Counted from the stretch's first letter, positions 12,454-21,586 are shown. The stretch is DNA of 64,000 bases from Candidatus Sulfomarinibacteraceae bacterium (GCA_963796455.1 CAWCLO010000001.1:768001-832000); one strand, 5' to 3'. Notes: generated from the letters alone by a model not told the origin. A program made the numbers and translations.

Positions 12454-12505
12454 TGGAGCCAACGGTCGGATTCGAACCGACGGCCTGCTCATTACGATTG
12501 AGCTG
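12454..12505 (-). repeat. tRNA-Thr 3' fragment (att-like direct repeat, outer copy)
   Basis: TGGAGCCAACGGTCGGATTCGAACCGACGGCCTGCTCATTACGATTGAGCTG matches 34117-34168 with 3 mismatches; no D-arm or 5' acceptor strand. Confidence 0.92.
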
Positions 12506-12572
12506 GTGTGATATTGATTTTAAAGAATTTAGATAGTTCCTTATCCGGTTTTACCCCACCATGAGTATCCGG

Positions 12573-12766
12573 TCATGGTGGTACCGTCGAAGACCACGCG
12601 TCGGTATTACCGGACTCGAAGTCATCGGCGAATCGAAGAGAGCGAAATGTAGAGCTTTTCGAGGAGGCTGAAAAATGAACGATCGATTCGCGATGAAAAC
12701 CGCGAACGTGGGAGTCGCGTAGACCCATCAGATCAACGGCCTCGTCCATGTGGTTCCGCGAGATCG
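12573..12766 (-). pseudogene. C-terminal remnant of a secreted protein
   Basis: Ends FADDFESGNTDAWSSTVPP*, the same terminal motif as the S8 protein; cut off at the truncated attC at 12767. Confidence 0.6.
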
Positions 12767-12814
12767 AGGCCGCGCGAGGCGCGGGCTTGGGTCCGCTGGA
12801 ACGAGGTGTTAGGT
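12767..12814 (-). repeat. Truncated attC site (R''-L'' half only)
   Basis: Minus strand ACCTAAC-ACCTC-GTTCCAGCGGACCCAAGCCCGCGCCTCGCGCGGCCT; nearly identical to 17656-17703. Confidence 0.75.
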
Positions 12815-12827
12815 TCCAGCAGACTTC

Positions 12828-13328
12828 TCACCTGTTGATGTACCTGGTTCCAAGCTTAGGGGGTGGCTTTCGACGACTTCTCAACGGGGTCCTGCTGCGC
12901 CAATCTCGAGAGTTCCTATTTCGGTTTCGGCTGTGTAGATTCTGTGGGTCGTCTGACAACGCGGGTCCGTAAAAAGAGCTTTGATCGATGCCTTCCTGCC
13001 AATCGACGAATTGGTCTTCCTTCCGGAATATACCCAGGTCTTCTAGCGAGTGGCGAAGGAAGACAAATACCCAACCTGAAACAGTGCAGAGCAGAAGAAG
13101 CCAAGCAACGAACTTCAGGTCGCTTCCTGCTCCTTGCCGGATGTATTCGCCCAACTGACCAGAGACATCAAACAAATCGAAGGTTGCAAGAAATACAAAG
13201 AGCAGTATTCCGGCCGCGGCGGCCCAGATCGCTACAATGGCGCAGCGCGCGAGTTGGGACTTTTCTTCTGACACCTTGTCACCTACTCTCCATAAAATCT
13301 TTACGAAGAGCGAGGCCGTAAATTCCAT
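12828..13328 (-). CDS. Hypothetical two-TM membrane protein (putative cassette gene)
   Basis: Two hydrophobic segments; ends just before the attC half-site; degenerate R'-like GTTCGGT about 20 nt upstream of the start. Confidence 0.55.
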   Translation of the reverse strand: MEFTASLFVKILWRVGDKVSEEKSQLARCAIVAIWAAAAGILLFVFLATFDLFDVSGQLGEYIRQGAGSDLKFVAWLLLLCTVSGWVFVFLRHSLEDLGIFRKEDQFVDWQEGIDQSSFYGPALSDDPQNLHSRNRNRNSRDWRSRTPLRSRRKPPPKLGTRYINR

Positions 13329-13445
13329 TTTCCCAGCGCCGTTGATGAGACCGAACAGACGTGAAGGTATTGTTGAGCAGTCAATTACAGATTCGGTTCC
13401 CCGTTCTGTGCTCGTGCCAGATCACGGGTCCTCGTACAGGTAGCG

Positions 13446-14746
13446 TTAGAGGTCCGTCCGGTGACTGGCCCGTATCTCTGCCGCCCGGGAATCCGCGACG
13501 CCGGCTTCTTCGGCAAAACCGAGCCAATTGCCCACAGATTTGATGACGCCGTCCAGCATCTCGTTCGCGCGGCTCTTTTTGATCCCAGCGGTATCCGCCA
13601 GGTTGATCAGATCATCCCGACTGATGTCGGCGCGCTTGCCGTTGACACTCATCTGGTGCCGGCTTGCCAATCCCCGTCCGGGTCCCAGGCATAGGTCACA
13701 TCAAAGGCAGGAGTCAAACTCCAGTCTCCCCGCCGATTCATCAGAAAGGCGATGTTCTTGACGTGATCGTCGTGATTGCGACCGACGATGTTGAACATCG
13801 CCCGCAACACCTGCTGATCGAGGTCCGCGCGAGGCATCCCGAGCCTCTTCATGACCTGGATCGCCTGCTCATAGGAATAGCTTGCAGGCTGACTGTAGTC
13901 AAAATGGGCGATGGCACCCAGGGATTGCATGTGGCGTTTTCCACCTGTCGATGTGCGATCGAAACGTTTGGTCATGAAATGGCTCCGACCGCCTTCATCA
14001 TGAAGCCTGCATGGCGTCATCGAGATCCCGGACTCAACGGCCATCAAGTGATAGGCATATTCGATCCGGCCGTAACCCAGCGGATCCGCAAGCTCTTTGT
14101 CACGGTTGTTCGAGACCCCGTCAAACTTCATGAGCCAGTGTTCAAAACCCTCACCGCCATCGACCTGACCTGACCGAAATTCGTTCGTGCCAGGATTCCA
14201 GGCGAGAATAGCCTTGGCGCGTGCGCCCCCTGCTGAGGTCCCAACCCGGAGAATATCCTCGATCACTTCTTTATCGTCAACGCCGGAAAACACGCCACCC
14301 AGGGCAGACCGTTTGTCGAGGATCTGGTTTGCCAGACCGACAAGTTTCGCCACCTCGATTTTGCTGGTGCTCGTAGGTGGTCCCAGGGTGGCCGGCTCGA
14401 ACTCGAGCGCTCCCATGCCTCGCACACCCACATAACAGAGGCGTTCTACAGGGTGGAAGCTCGTTGCTGTTCTTCCCTGCGAAGCGAGCCACGCATCAAT
14501 GACGGCATTTCCAAATTTGTCCGGGAGTGAGTCGGCAAGCAATCCCGGCAACCCCTTGAAAGTATTTCGAGCAAGCGCCGGGAATTCGAATGGATTCTCA
14601 CCGAGCGGCATCATGAGGGGAGCCAACTGGATGCCGCTGTGCAGGAAATCCGGCGCATACTGAAATACACCGACCTCCCGATCCTCCAGCCACGTCACGG
14701 CTCCAATGGTACTGCCCCAAAGCACCACTCTCGCATCGTTATTCAT
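13446..14746 (-). CDS. hipA: HipA family kinase toxin (frameshift near 13670)
   Basis: GLPGLLADSLPDKFG, TSAGGARAKA, WLMKFD, KRFDR, RNHDDHVKN, PAFDV, HQMSVNGK. Confidence 0.9.
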
Positions 14747-15107
14747 CGTCGTTCTCGCTGTCGCCCCAGACCCAGGGCCCGTGTTCCTCACCCCGTGCGT
14801 TCGGGCGGGCCCGCTTGCGCTCGAAACCCGTCGCCCCTATACGCTCGATCGGCCTGACGGTCGGATCCGGAAGCAGCGTCTCGAGATTCTGCTGAATGCC
14901 GAGAGCCGCCATCACACGAATCAACGTGTCGAAGGACACGCCCTGGCCCTTTTCGAGTCGGCCGATCGTCCGGGTCGAAACCCCGGCTTCCCGCGCGAGC
15001 TGTTTCTGGGTCACGTTTCGAGCAAGCCTGATGTTCTCGAGTCGCCTGCAGAGCGCGGCCTCGATTTGACCGCTCGATGCAATCGAAAAATCTATTTTAT
15101 ACGACAT
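14739..15107 (-). CDS. XRE-family HTH antitoxin partner of HipA
   Basis: RLARNVTQKQLAREAGVSTRTIGRLEKG; overlaps the hipA start. Confidence 0.88.
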   Translation of the reverse strand: MSYKIDFSIASSGQIEAALCRRLENIRLARNVTQKQLAREAGVSTRTIGRLEKGQGVSFDTLIRVMAALGIQQNLETLLPDPTVRPIERIGATGFERKRARPNARGEEHGPWVWGDSENDDE

Positions 15108-15434
15108 ATTTTACCTGCTATCGTCAATATTTCAAATTAATACGAAACATATTACCGATTTTACCCGCATCAACCTCTCGCCTGTTATCGGCAACATAAT
15201 GCCTATTATATATGATCACACCACCAAACAAGTAATTTTTTACTGATTATCCCAAAAATATGAGAAGGATCCAGTAAAACGATCCCCTGACAGGGTTGCA
15301 CGATGCTCGCTCAACCTTGAACTGGTTCTAGGCCCCGCTCCGCGAAACTCGCGTCAATTTGAGACAAAATCCAGAAACAGTACCTCAAGAAGAGACGACC
15401 CCGAGAAATGTGCTTCCATATCCTCAGCTGATTC

Positions 15435-15450
15435 TGGCATCGATATTGCG
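15435..15450 (+). promoter_or_regulatory. sigma54 (-24/-12) promoter candidate
   Basis: TGGCATCGATATTGCG with GG-N10-GC spacing, about 120 nt upstream of the protease ATG. Confidence 0.6.
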
Positions 15451-15567
15451 ACTTATCTATCCGGGAGACGCATCGGTTCAATCCGAGGATTGCAAGATGG
15501 CCAATCGGTAATCGCTGCTCGCTTGAAAAGAGAACCCGAGCCGCGGAAGTGCAAAAGGGGCACGCCC

Positions 15568-17490
15568 ATGACAAATCCAACCTGTTCAAATCCTGAGAGC
15601 CGGCCCGAAAAGCCAAAACAAAGTGTGATCAAAAAACGGTTGGCGGCACTCAAAAGCGGAACAGCTTTCGGCCTTGTCGGCGGTGCGTGGGCCGTCGCGG
15701 GCATCGTGGCGATCGGCTGGTCAGCCTCTACCCACGGATCGACAGTCGATCGCGGTCTGATCCAAAAGGCGGTTCGGTCCACGGTTTATATCGAAGTCGA
15801 AAGGGTCTTTCGAGGTTCCGATTTTTCGAATGCCGGGAGTGGTTTCTTTGTTCACTCGGACGGATTCATCATGACCAATTGGCACGTGGTTGCCGATCAG
15901 GTCGAGCTGCGCATGAGGGGAGTCATGCGCGAAATCTCCCTCACCGTCCTTCAGATCAACGTAATTGTCGACCCCGGTACTCCTCGCGAGCGAAAGTTAC
16001 CGGCTCGAGTGGTGGGGCGAGACCGAAAAAGAGATCTCGCACTCCTCAAGGTGAATCACCAACCTTCCCATTGGATCGAACCCAGTGACAGAGTTCGTGT
16101 TGATTTGATGGACGAAGTCTTTGTCGTGGGTTTTCCTTTTGGAGATTTGTTGACCTTCAACGAACATGGAGGGATTTCCCTCAAGGGTCACCCGGAGCCA
16201 AGCATCAACTCGGGACGAGTGACGTCCCTCCGGAAAGACGACCGAAACCGGATCGTCGCGGTCCAGACTGATGCGGCGATCAACCCTGGGAATTCGGGTG
16301 GGCCCATGCTTACCACGAGCGGGCAACTCGCCGGCGTCGTGTACTCGGGTGTTTCGGGAGGCTCACAAATAGGATTTGCGATCTCGCCCCAATGGGTGTT
16401 CGGCTTCTACCTCGACCGGCTCTTGACGGTCAGTTTCGTTCCACCCTATATTCCGAATCCTCGAAGTCCCGTCAAAATCACGATAGAACCGGGAATATTG
16501 CCGCTCAAAGCCTCCCGCATTTCGCTCCATCTGGAAGGAGCTCACTTCGATCCTTTCGACATTGAAATGAACGAGTCCCTCTCAGGGTGGGAAGCCAAGA
16601 TCTCCGTTCCAGAACGGCCCGAAGAGATCTCTGCGGAGCAGTCCTACTCGGCCTCCCTCAGAGTGTTCGACCAGGCCGGGAGACAGTCATTCCAACGGAA
16701 GTACCGACTCACCGAGGTGAATTCAGCGGAAACCGGCTTGAAGAGCCATCGCGACCCTGAAGCGATGATGCGTGACCGGAGACTCGCAAACTCATTGACA
16801 CTCGAAGAATATGCCCGAAAAAAGTCAGCCGAACGCGCCGCTGGCGAAGAGGACAATTCGAACTCTTCACAACCAGAGCAAACATCACCGAAACGCGACC
16901 CCGACCTCAAGGCTGAATTCCGTAAAGACCCTCCCGAGCTTCACACGAATCTCACCCTGTATGCCAAAGAGATGTATCGAGAAGGCCGCTACCAGGAAGC
17001 GGTCGAGGTCCTCGAGAGAGTTCTGAAATATGACCCGGGCGATGAAATGGCTCGCGAGTATCTGGAACTGGCCTCCGAGCGCCTTCAGATCCAAGAGAAC
17101 TCGAGTTCGCCCCCGAGGGACGGTGGTTTCTCGGTGGAGGAGACCGTGGTTCCAACGGAAACAGAAACGGCTGAGATTCGAGTGATCTTCGAATCCCCAC
17201 TTCGTGCCGGGAGGATCAATTTCTGGCTCAACGACGAAACCCTGGAGGTCGTCGATTTCGCTTTCAAAAAGAAGCTGTTCGAGAAGGGTCTTTCAACCCG
17301 GGTCGAACGGATCTTCGAGATCGCGCCCGGCCACCATCGGTTTTCCTTTTCTCTTGCGGACCAAGACGGCACGTCGCTGGGGCTCTTCTCATTCGAAGAG
17401 CCCTTTCAATCTGGAAGCCGATGGACGCTACGAATCGATATGCCAACGGCGGGATCAAAACCTCAGGCATTCCTCATCGAGAGAAAATGA
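15568..17490 (+). CDS. Membrane-anchored trypsin-like (S1C) serine protease with a TPR and C-terminal beta domains, no PDZ evident
   Basis: GSGFFV, TNWHVV, RDLALLK, TDAAINPGNSGGP; TPR at AKEMYREGRYQEAVEVLERVLKYDP. Confidence 0.88.
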   Translation: MTNPTCSNPESRPEKPKQSVIKKRLAALKSGTAFGLVGGAWAVAGIVAIGWSASTHGSTVDRGLIQKAVRSTVYIEVERVFRGSDFSNAGSGFFVHSDGFIMTNWHVVADQVELRMRGVMREISLTVLQINVIVDPGTPRERKLPARVVGRDRKRDLALLKVNHQPSHWIEPSDRVRVDLMDEVFVVGFPFGDLLTFNEHGGISLKGHPEPSINSGRVTSLRKDDRNRIVAVQTDAAINPGNSGGPMLTTSGQLAGVVYSGVSGGSQIGFAISPQWVFGFYLDRLLTVSFVPPYIPNPRSPVKITIEPGILPLKASRISLHLEGAHFDPFDIEMNESLSGWEAKISVPERPEEISAEQSYSASLRVFDQAGRQSFQRKYRLTEVNSAETGLKSHRDPEAMMRDRRLANSLTLEEYARKKSAERAAGEEDNSNSSQPEQTSPKRDPDLKAEFRKDPPELHTNLTLYAKEMYREGRYQEAVEVLERVLKYDPGDEMAREYLELASERLQIQENSSSPPRDGGFSVEETVVPTETETAEIRVIFESPLRAGRINFWLNDETLEVVDFAFKKKLFEKGLSTRVERIFEIAPGHHRFSFSLADQDGTSLGLFSFEEPFQSGSRWTLRIDMPTAGSKPQAFLIERK

Positions 17491-17650
17491 TCAACTCATG
17501 AGGAAGATGGAACGCAGCAAACAGCAACACGAACAGCGTCGAGGCCTGCAGAATGTGCAACCCTCTTCAAAAACTCGGCGCCGGTGGGGAAGCATCCCGA
17601 CAATACCGGTGATTCGGGGCAGTCTCTTCGTTCATGAGCTGTCTTCGGTG

Positions 17651-17703
17651 GCCCAAGGCCGCGCGAGGCGCAGGCTTGGGTCCGCTGGAATGAGGTGTTA
17701 GGG
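17651..17703 (-). repeat. attC site of the mazEF cassette (right arm degenerate)
   Basis: Minus strand CCCTAAC-ACCTC-ATTCCAGCGGACCCAAG...CTTGGG; 25 nt after the mazF stop; R'' complements the cassette's leading GTTAGGG at 18367-18373. Confidence 0.75.
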
Positions 17704-17728
17704 CTCATAGTCATCGAGCGGTCCTTCA

Positions 17729-18070
17729 TCACGTTAGGAGCGCATTGAGTTTCCCGAGCACTTCATTCATGACGGACTGAGGCACTGTGCATGCACACTC
17801 AGCCCTGCGAACTCGCCAATCGAGACTCTTGACCTGATCGGCCAGTACCACGCCTCCGATCTCGAGGTCTTCTGGAAGGGTTACTTCGAACGGATAGCCC
17901 TTGACTTTGCTCGTCACCGGACACATGAGCGCCAAACCAACCCGTTCGTTGTACTCGATCGGCGACAGAACCAGCGCAGGCCTTCGACCTGCCTGTTCGT
18001 GGCCGGCCTGCGGGCTCAGCGAAACCCAGACCACGTCACCTCGTTGCGGGGCCTCTTTTCCGGCTACCAC
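17729..18070 (-). CDS. mazF: MazF endoribonuclease toxin
   Basis: PQRGDVVWVSLSPQAGHEQAGRRPALVLSP, CPVTSKVKGYPFEV, DQVKSLDWRVR. Confidence 0.95.
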   Translation of the reverse strand: MVAGKEAPQRGDVVWVSLSPQAGHEQAGRRPALVLSPIEYNERVGLALMCPVTSKVKGYPFEVTLPEDLEIGGVVLADQVKSLDWRVRRAECACTVPQSVMNEVLGKLNALLT

Positions 18071-18306
18071 TCTTCGGATCCGACAGCGTCGCCGTAGATC
18101 TGCTCACCATGCACGTTTGCTTCCGTGACTCGCGTCAACAGGCTGCTGAGTTTATAACGCTGAATCGACGATGGGCGGATTACAAGATTTCCGTCTTCGA
18201 GAGAAAGCTCAACCGGGGTGTCCTGTGCCAATCCCAAGTCAGCCGCAAAGGCTTTCGGAATTCTGAGAGCCAGGCTGTTTCCCCACTTCTGAACCTGAGT
18301 TTTCAT
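18064..18306 (-). CDS. mazE: MazE/AbrB antitoxin
   Basis: MKTQVQKWGNSLALRIPK; GGAGG RBS; overlaps mazF. Confidence 0.95.
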   Translation of the reverse strand: MKTQVQKWGNSLALRIPKAFAADLGLAQDTPVELSLEDGNLVIRPSSIQRYKLSSLLTRVTEANVHGEQIYGDAVGSEEW

Positions 18307-18315
18307 AACGCCTCC

Positions 18316-18356
18316 GTATCTACAAAGAAGATACATTCTGGCGAGTCTGCTGTCAA
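18316..18356 (-). promoter_or_regulatory. mazEF sigma70 promoter with palindromic operator
   Basis: TTGACA-17 nt-TATCTT; overlapping inverted repeat GTATCT-N7-AGATAC. Confidence 0.8.
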
Positions 18357-18366
18357 GCCGTGTCGC

Positions 18367-18445
18367 CCCTAACGGTCAGGAAGTTCAGCGGACTACAGTC
18401 GGACCCGCCGCTGAGGTGAGGGTCCGCTGGAATGAGGTGTTAGGT
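18367..18445 (-). repeat. attC site (complete, 79 bp)
   Basis: Minus strand ACCTAAC...TTCCAGCGGAC...GTCCGCTGAA...GTTAGGG, with one unpaired base in L''. Confidence 0.85.
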
Positions 18446-18452
18446 TGATGGA

Positions 18453-18663
18453 TCACAGCGACGCTCTGAACTCTTCAACGGTGAGGCCGGCGTCTCGGAC
18501 GATTCCACCCAGTGTGAATGCGTTGACAGGATTGTGCCGCGGAATCGTGACAATTCGCGTGCCGTCGGTCATAACGATATGTTTGCTCTGGCGGGCGATG
18601 CGAAATCCGGCCTTTTGAGTGCCCTGACGGCCGCAAGGTGGTTACGCCAGGTATTCGAGGCAA
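18453..18663 (-). CDS. hicA: HicA family toxin (frameshifted)
   Basis: Stitched: LPRIPGV..LAAVRAL..GFRIARQSKHIVMTDGTRIVTIPRHNPVNAFTLGGIVRDAGLTVEEFRASL. Confidence 0.8.
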
Positions 18664-18665
18664 CT

Positions 18666-18860
18666 TCAGACCGCGATATCGATCTCGTGAACCACGAGTC
18701 ACCGATGAGATCTCAACGACCTCAAGGTACTCACGAATCCTGCTTCGATATTTTCGAGAGCTTCCCTTTCGGTGTCACCTTGAGACCAACATCCTGGAAG
18801 TCCGGGTACAGAAACGGCGAAGCCTTCTTCGTCTTCGTGCAGGGCTACTTTGTACTTCAT
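18666..18860 (-). CDS. hicB: Short HicB family antitoxin (frameshifted)
   Basis: MKYKVALHEDEEGFAVSVPGLPGCWSQGDTEREALENIEA..IREYL; GGAG RBS. Confidence 0.85.
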
Positions 18861-18885
18861 GGCTGTGTCTCCAGACCCATTGTAA

Positions 18886-18954
18886 ACCTAACGGTCCGAG
18901 TTCAGCGGACACCACCCGCCGCGGGTTGGGGTCCGCTGAAACGAGGTGTTAGGT
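18886..18954 (-). repeat. attC site (complete, 69 bp)
   Basis: Minus strand ACCTAAC-ACCTC-GTTTCAGCGGAC...GTCCGCTGAAC-TCGGACC-GTTAGGT. Confidence 0.85.
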
Positions 18955-18970
18955 CATTCCATTTAAGTCT

Positions 18971-19366
18971 TTACATCCCCAAGAGGGAATCAAACCCCTG
19001 AATTTGGAAAAAGACTGCCAAAAGGCCAAGCGCACCCAAGATCCATCCGCAAATGGCGATTGTGGCCCATCGGCGATATCGAGCCAACAGATTGATGGCT
19101 TCAATTTCTCCGATAGCCCAATTTGGGGTTTCTCGGTACCACTTCCAGAATAACGAGCCGCCAGCCTGCGTGCTTGAGAGGTTCCAGGACCCAACCTCCC
19201 GTTTGCTTTCGCCGTCACCGGGTGGCCGTCCGTCGCTGATCCGATCTGATGGTGATTCTCATACTGATATTCGATGGTCTTGCGGCGACGCTTGTCGCTA
19301 TCGAAATGCTGTCACAAATACAACGAGACCGATAGATAGCAGTTCAAGTCAATGTCTCTAGAACAT
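18971..19366 (-). pseudogene. Small two-TM hypothetical cassette gene, broken reading frame
   Basis: Fragments ELLSIGLVVFVTAF and DGRPPGDG...SLFWKWYRETPNW...RYRRWATIAICGWILGALGLLAVFF..GM*; stop lies just before the attC. Confidence 0.5.
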
Positions 19367-19371
19367 CCGAA

Positions 19372-19436
19372 ACCTAACTACTGTTAGCGATACTAACGAA
19401 TCGGATGGAAACGTACTCCTGGAGCAAACTAACAAC
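19372..19436 (-). other. Candidate attI site
   Basis: Minus strand GTTAGT..GTTAGT-ATC-GCTAAC-AGTA-GTTAGGT: R box, inverted L-like box and two upstream direct GTTAG copies; the R box complements R'' of the first attC. Confidence 0.5.
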
Positions 19437-19555
19437 TCTCCTGCCGGTCGAGACACCTTTTCGCATGTCCCCTGTATCAAGCACTATCCCAGTGAATCGT
19501 GGCGCAGGCTTTTGAGTTGTTATCGTGCTTGGATCGCACCCTAACAGGACGGGGG

Positions 19556-19624
19556 TTAGCGTGCGCACGGTTTGCCCCAGGGCTTCGAATCAGGATCGCA
19601 GCTCGGAACAAACACTCGTCTCAT
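19556..19624 (-). CDS. Putative 22-aa peptide MRRVFVPSCDPDSKPWGKPCAR
   Basis: AAGGAGA RBS immediately before the ATG (short spacing); TACAAT and a sigma54-like motif upstream. Confidence 0.35.
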   Translation of the reverse strand: MRRVFVPSCDPDSKPWGKPCAR

Positions 19625-19850
19625 GTCTCCTTCTTCCATTGTAGTCCACCGGTTCACAACATCGGCATATCGATGCCAAGAGGAACGCTCCAACTGTCTT
19701 TTTCCGTCGCCCTGTTCATATTCTTGTTCGTGGCCGTATTCAGACGTTTTACCGCTCTCTTCGACAACTCCCGATCCAACGTTTCAGAGGCAAAACGAAT
19801 TTTGGCGCCTATCGGTACGTATGCGATGTGCCGGTGGCACCTCGATGGCC

Positions 19851-19885
19851 AAAAAAACTTCAGCCCGCCGATCTGGCGGGCTGAA
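19851..19885 (-). terminator. Rho-independent terminator after the middle tRNA-Thr fragment
   Basis: Stem TTCAGCCCGCC/GGCGGGCTGAA followed by a T-run on the minus strand. Confidence 0.82.
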
Positions 19886-19899
19886 AGTATTTTAGGCTT

Positions 19900-19947
19900 T
19901 GGAGCCAACGGTCGGATTTGAACCGACGACCTGCTGATTACGAATCA
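19900..19947 (-). repeat. tRNA-Thr 3' fragment (att-like direct repeat, middle copy)
   Basis: First 44 nt match 34117-34160 with one mismatch; similarity stops at the anticodon loop. Confidence 0.92.
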
Positions 19948-20015
19948 TGGCGGAGAAAGGGATGCCACTTGCTGGTCAATCCTTTGAGGACGGATGTTGT
20001 GCCAATGCTCTGGTT

Positions 20016-21531
20016 TCAAACCCGGATTGATTTACGAGAGCGATATCGCCAGTGGGCTGCAGAACCGCTCTCCGCCGCGTGATGCATTTCAACGGTACGG
20101 ATCTGGACTTCGAACACAAGTCCGTCGCGGTCTCGAACACTTGTGTGAAGGCTTTGGTACCCGTTGGCTTTCGGTTCGGCGATGTAATCCTTGAACCGAA
20201 ATGGTTCAGGATCGAAGAGCCGATGGACGGTATTGAGTGCAAGGTAGCATTCGTCTTGGCTCGGCACGATGATGCGGAAGGCGAGCAGGTCGTGAACTTC
20301 CTCGAACGTCAGGTTTTTCTCCTCCATTTTTCGCCACACCCCGGCGGCGTGTTTCGTGCGGCATTGAATCGCTACAAGTGATACTCCGTCCGCGGAAATC
20401 GAGGACTTGATATTCTCTTCGGTTGCCGCGCACCAATCTGCGCTGGCCATCGACCATCGTCTCGAGGTCGCGGGTGACTCGTCCAAAGGCAGCGCGAATC
20501 AAGCACTTTGAGAGCCGCGTTCTCGGCGCGGGCTGCGGAGCTCCATTTCACCAAACTTCTCAGCCTCCAAGGCATCTTGCTCCCAGATCTGGAGGGCAGC
20601 CTCCCACGCACGTGGATCTTCTGGAGCGTACTCCTCAAGAAGCGCGCAGCGGCTGCGGAGGTAGCGCCGGAAAACTCCCTGATCTGTGGGTTGCCCTGGG
20701 CGATTCAATTCAAGAGGGTCAAACAGCTGGGGATCGACATCAGACGTGGGAAGTGATTTCGAGGCTTCCATCGCTCGCCTGTGCGCGGCAACCAAGAGCC
20801 GGGCGCCATTGGTCAGACTGGCGCTCATATGGTGAAAACGCCAGGCTAGCCACCGCAGCTCGCGCGCAATATCACCCTGCCGAAGCTTGGCCGGGTAACC
20901 CATTTCGACCTTGTGGATGGACGTCAGCAGGTGATTCAACGGCCTCGTAACGAGCAAATGGATGGTCAGCTGGACCGCGATAATTATTGCCAAAAACTGC
21001 AACGCCTATATCGAGCCAGGCGGCGTATCGCCGGGTCGTCATTTCAGTGATGAATTCGGAATCACTCTGCCAGGCGGTCAGTACTCCACCTTCGGTTTCG
21101 AAAAATTTTGACCTGAACGGGAACCTCGGCGTGGAGTGAATCGGCGGCGGAGAGGAAATGGTGCTTGAGAGTGCCGACGCTATCGGTCGGCCGTCGTTAT
21201 TGACGAGCAATAGATTGAAGTCGGACTGGCCTCGGGCGACCTCTGCACGCGCACTGGACAACAGTTGTTTCTCTATCTCGCCCAGACTCGAGGCCCTCTC
21301 GATTTCAGCGGCCAACGGTGCCAACGATTCAGCCAAGAGATCCTGGCGGGCAACGAGTTCTCTGCGCTCCTCCCGATACAGTTGCACAGCTGTTAGCCCA
21401 CCGAGGAGCAGGCCAACGAGCACCGAGATGGTCACGCCGAGCACGACACCCAAAGGGAGCCCCCCTCGTGGTGGCAGGCGGTCCCCTTCAATGAACGAGC
21501 CCTTTTCCATGATTTTCGACGGGTCGGACAT
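20016..21531 (-). CDS. Membrane sensor (TM-extracytoplasmic-TM)-HAMP-(p)ppGpp synthetase (RelA/SpoT SYNTH) fusion, frameshifted
   Basis: TM1 LGVVLGVTISVLVGLLLGG; TM2 and HAMP FLAIIIAVQLTIHLLVTRPLNHLL...ELRWLAWRFHHM; SYNTH motifs RTKHAAGVWRK, DLLAFRII, KDYIAEPKANGYQSLH, EVQIRT..MH..AE.G.AAHW.Y. Confidence 0.75.
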
Positions 21532-21586
21532 TGTTTCGATGGTGGTAGAAGATGACGTCAAGGCATCCATACGCGCTTTGCGGAGC

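Larger units (their letters stand above)
12506..19899. mobile_element. Genomic island A between tRNA-Thr fragments; integron-like cassette array lacking an integrase, three TA modules and a protease
   Basis: Bounded by the tRNA 3' repeats at 12454 and 19900; contains attC-like sites and AT-richer patches; no tyrosine recombinase ORF seen. Confidence 0.75.

Noticed and set aside
13350..13451. attC after hipA (stop overlaps CTCTAAC)
   Set aside because: No L boxes or convincing arm complementarity, and no resemblance to the local attC family.
12767..18954. CRISPR array made of the GTCCGCTG(G/A)AA..GAGGTGTTAGG repeats
   Set aside because: Spacing is hundreds to thousands of bases with genes in between, there are no cas genes, and the structure fits attC.
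19437..19899. Integron integrase expected next to the attI candidate
   Set aside because: The space is too short and no tyrosine-recombinase motifs appear in any listed frame.
12454..19947. Two additional tRNA genes
   Set aside because: Both copies lack the D-arm and the 5' acceptor strand, so they are att-type fragments.
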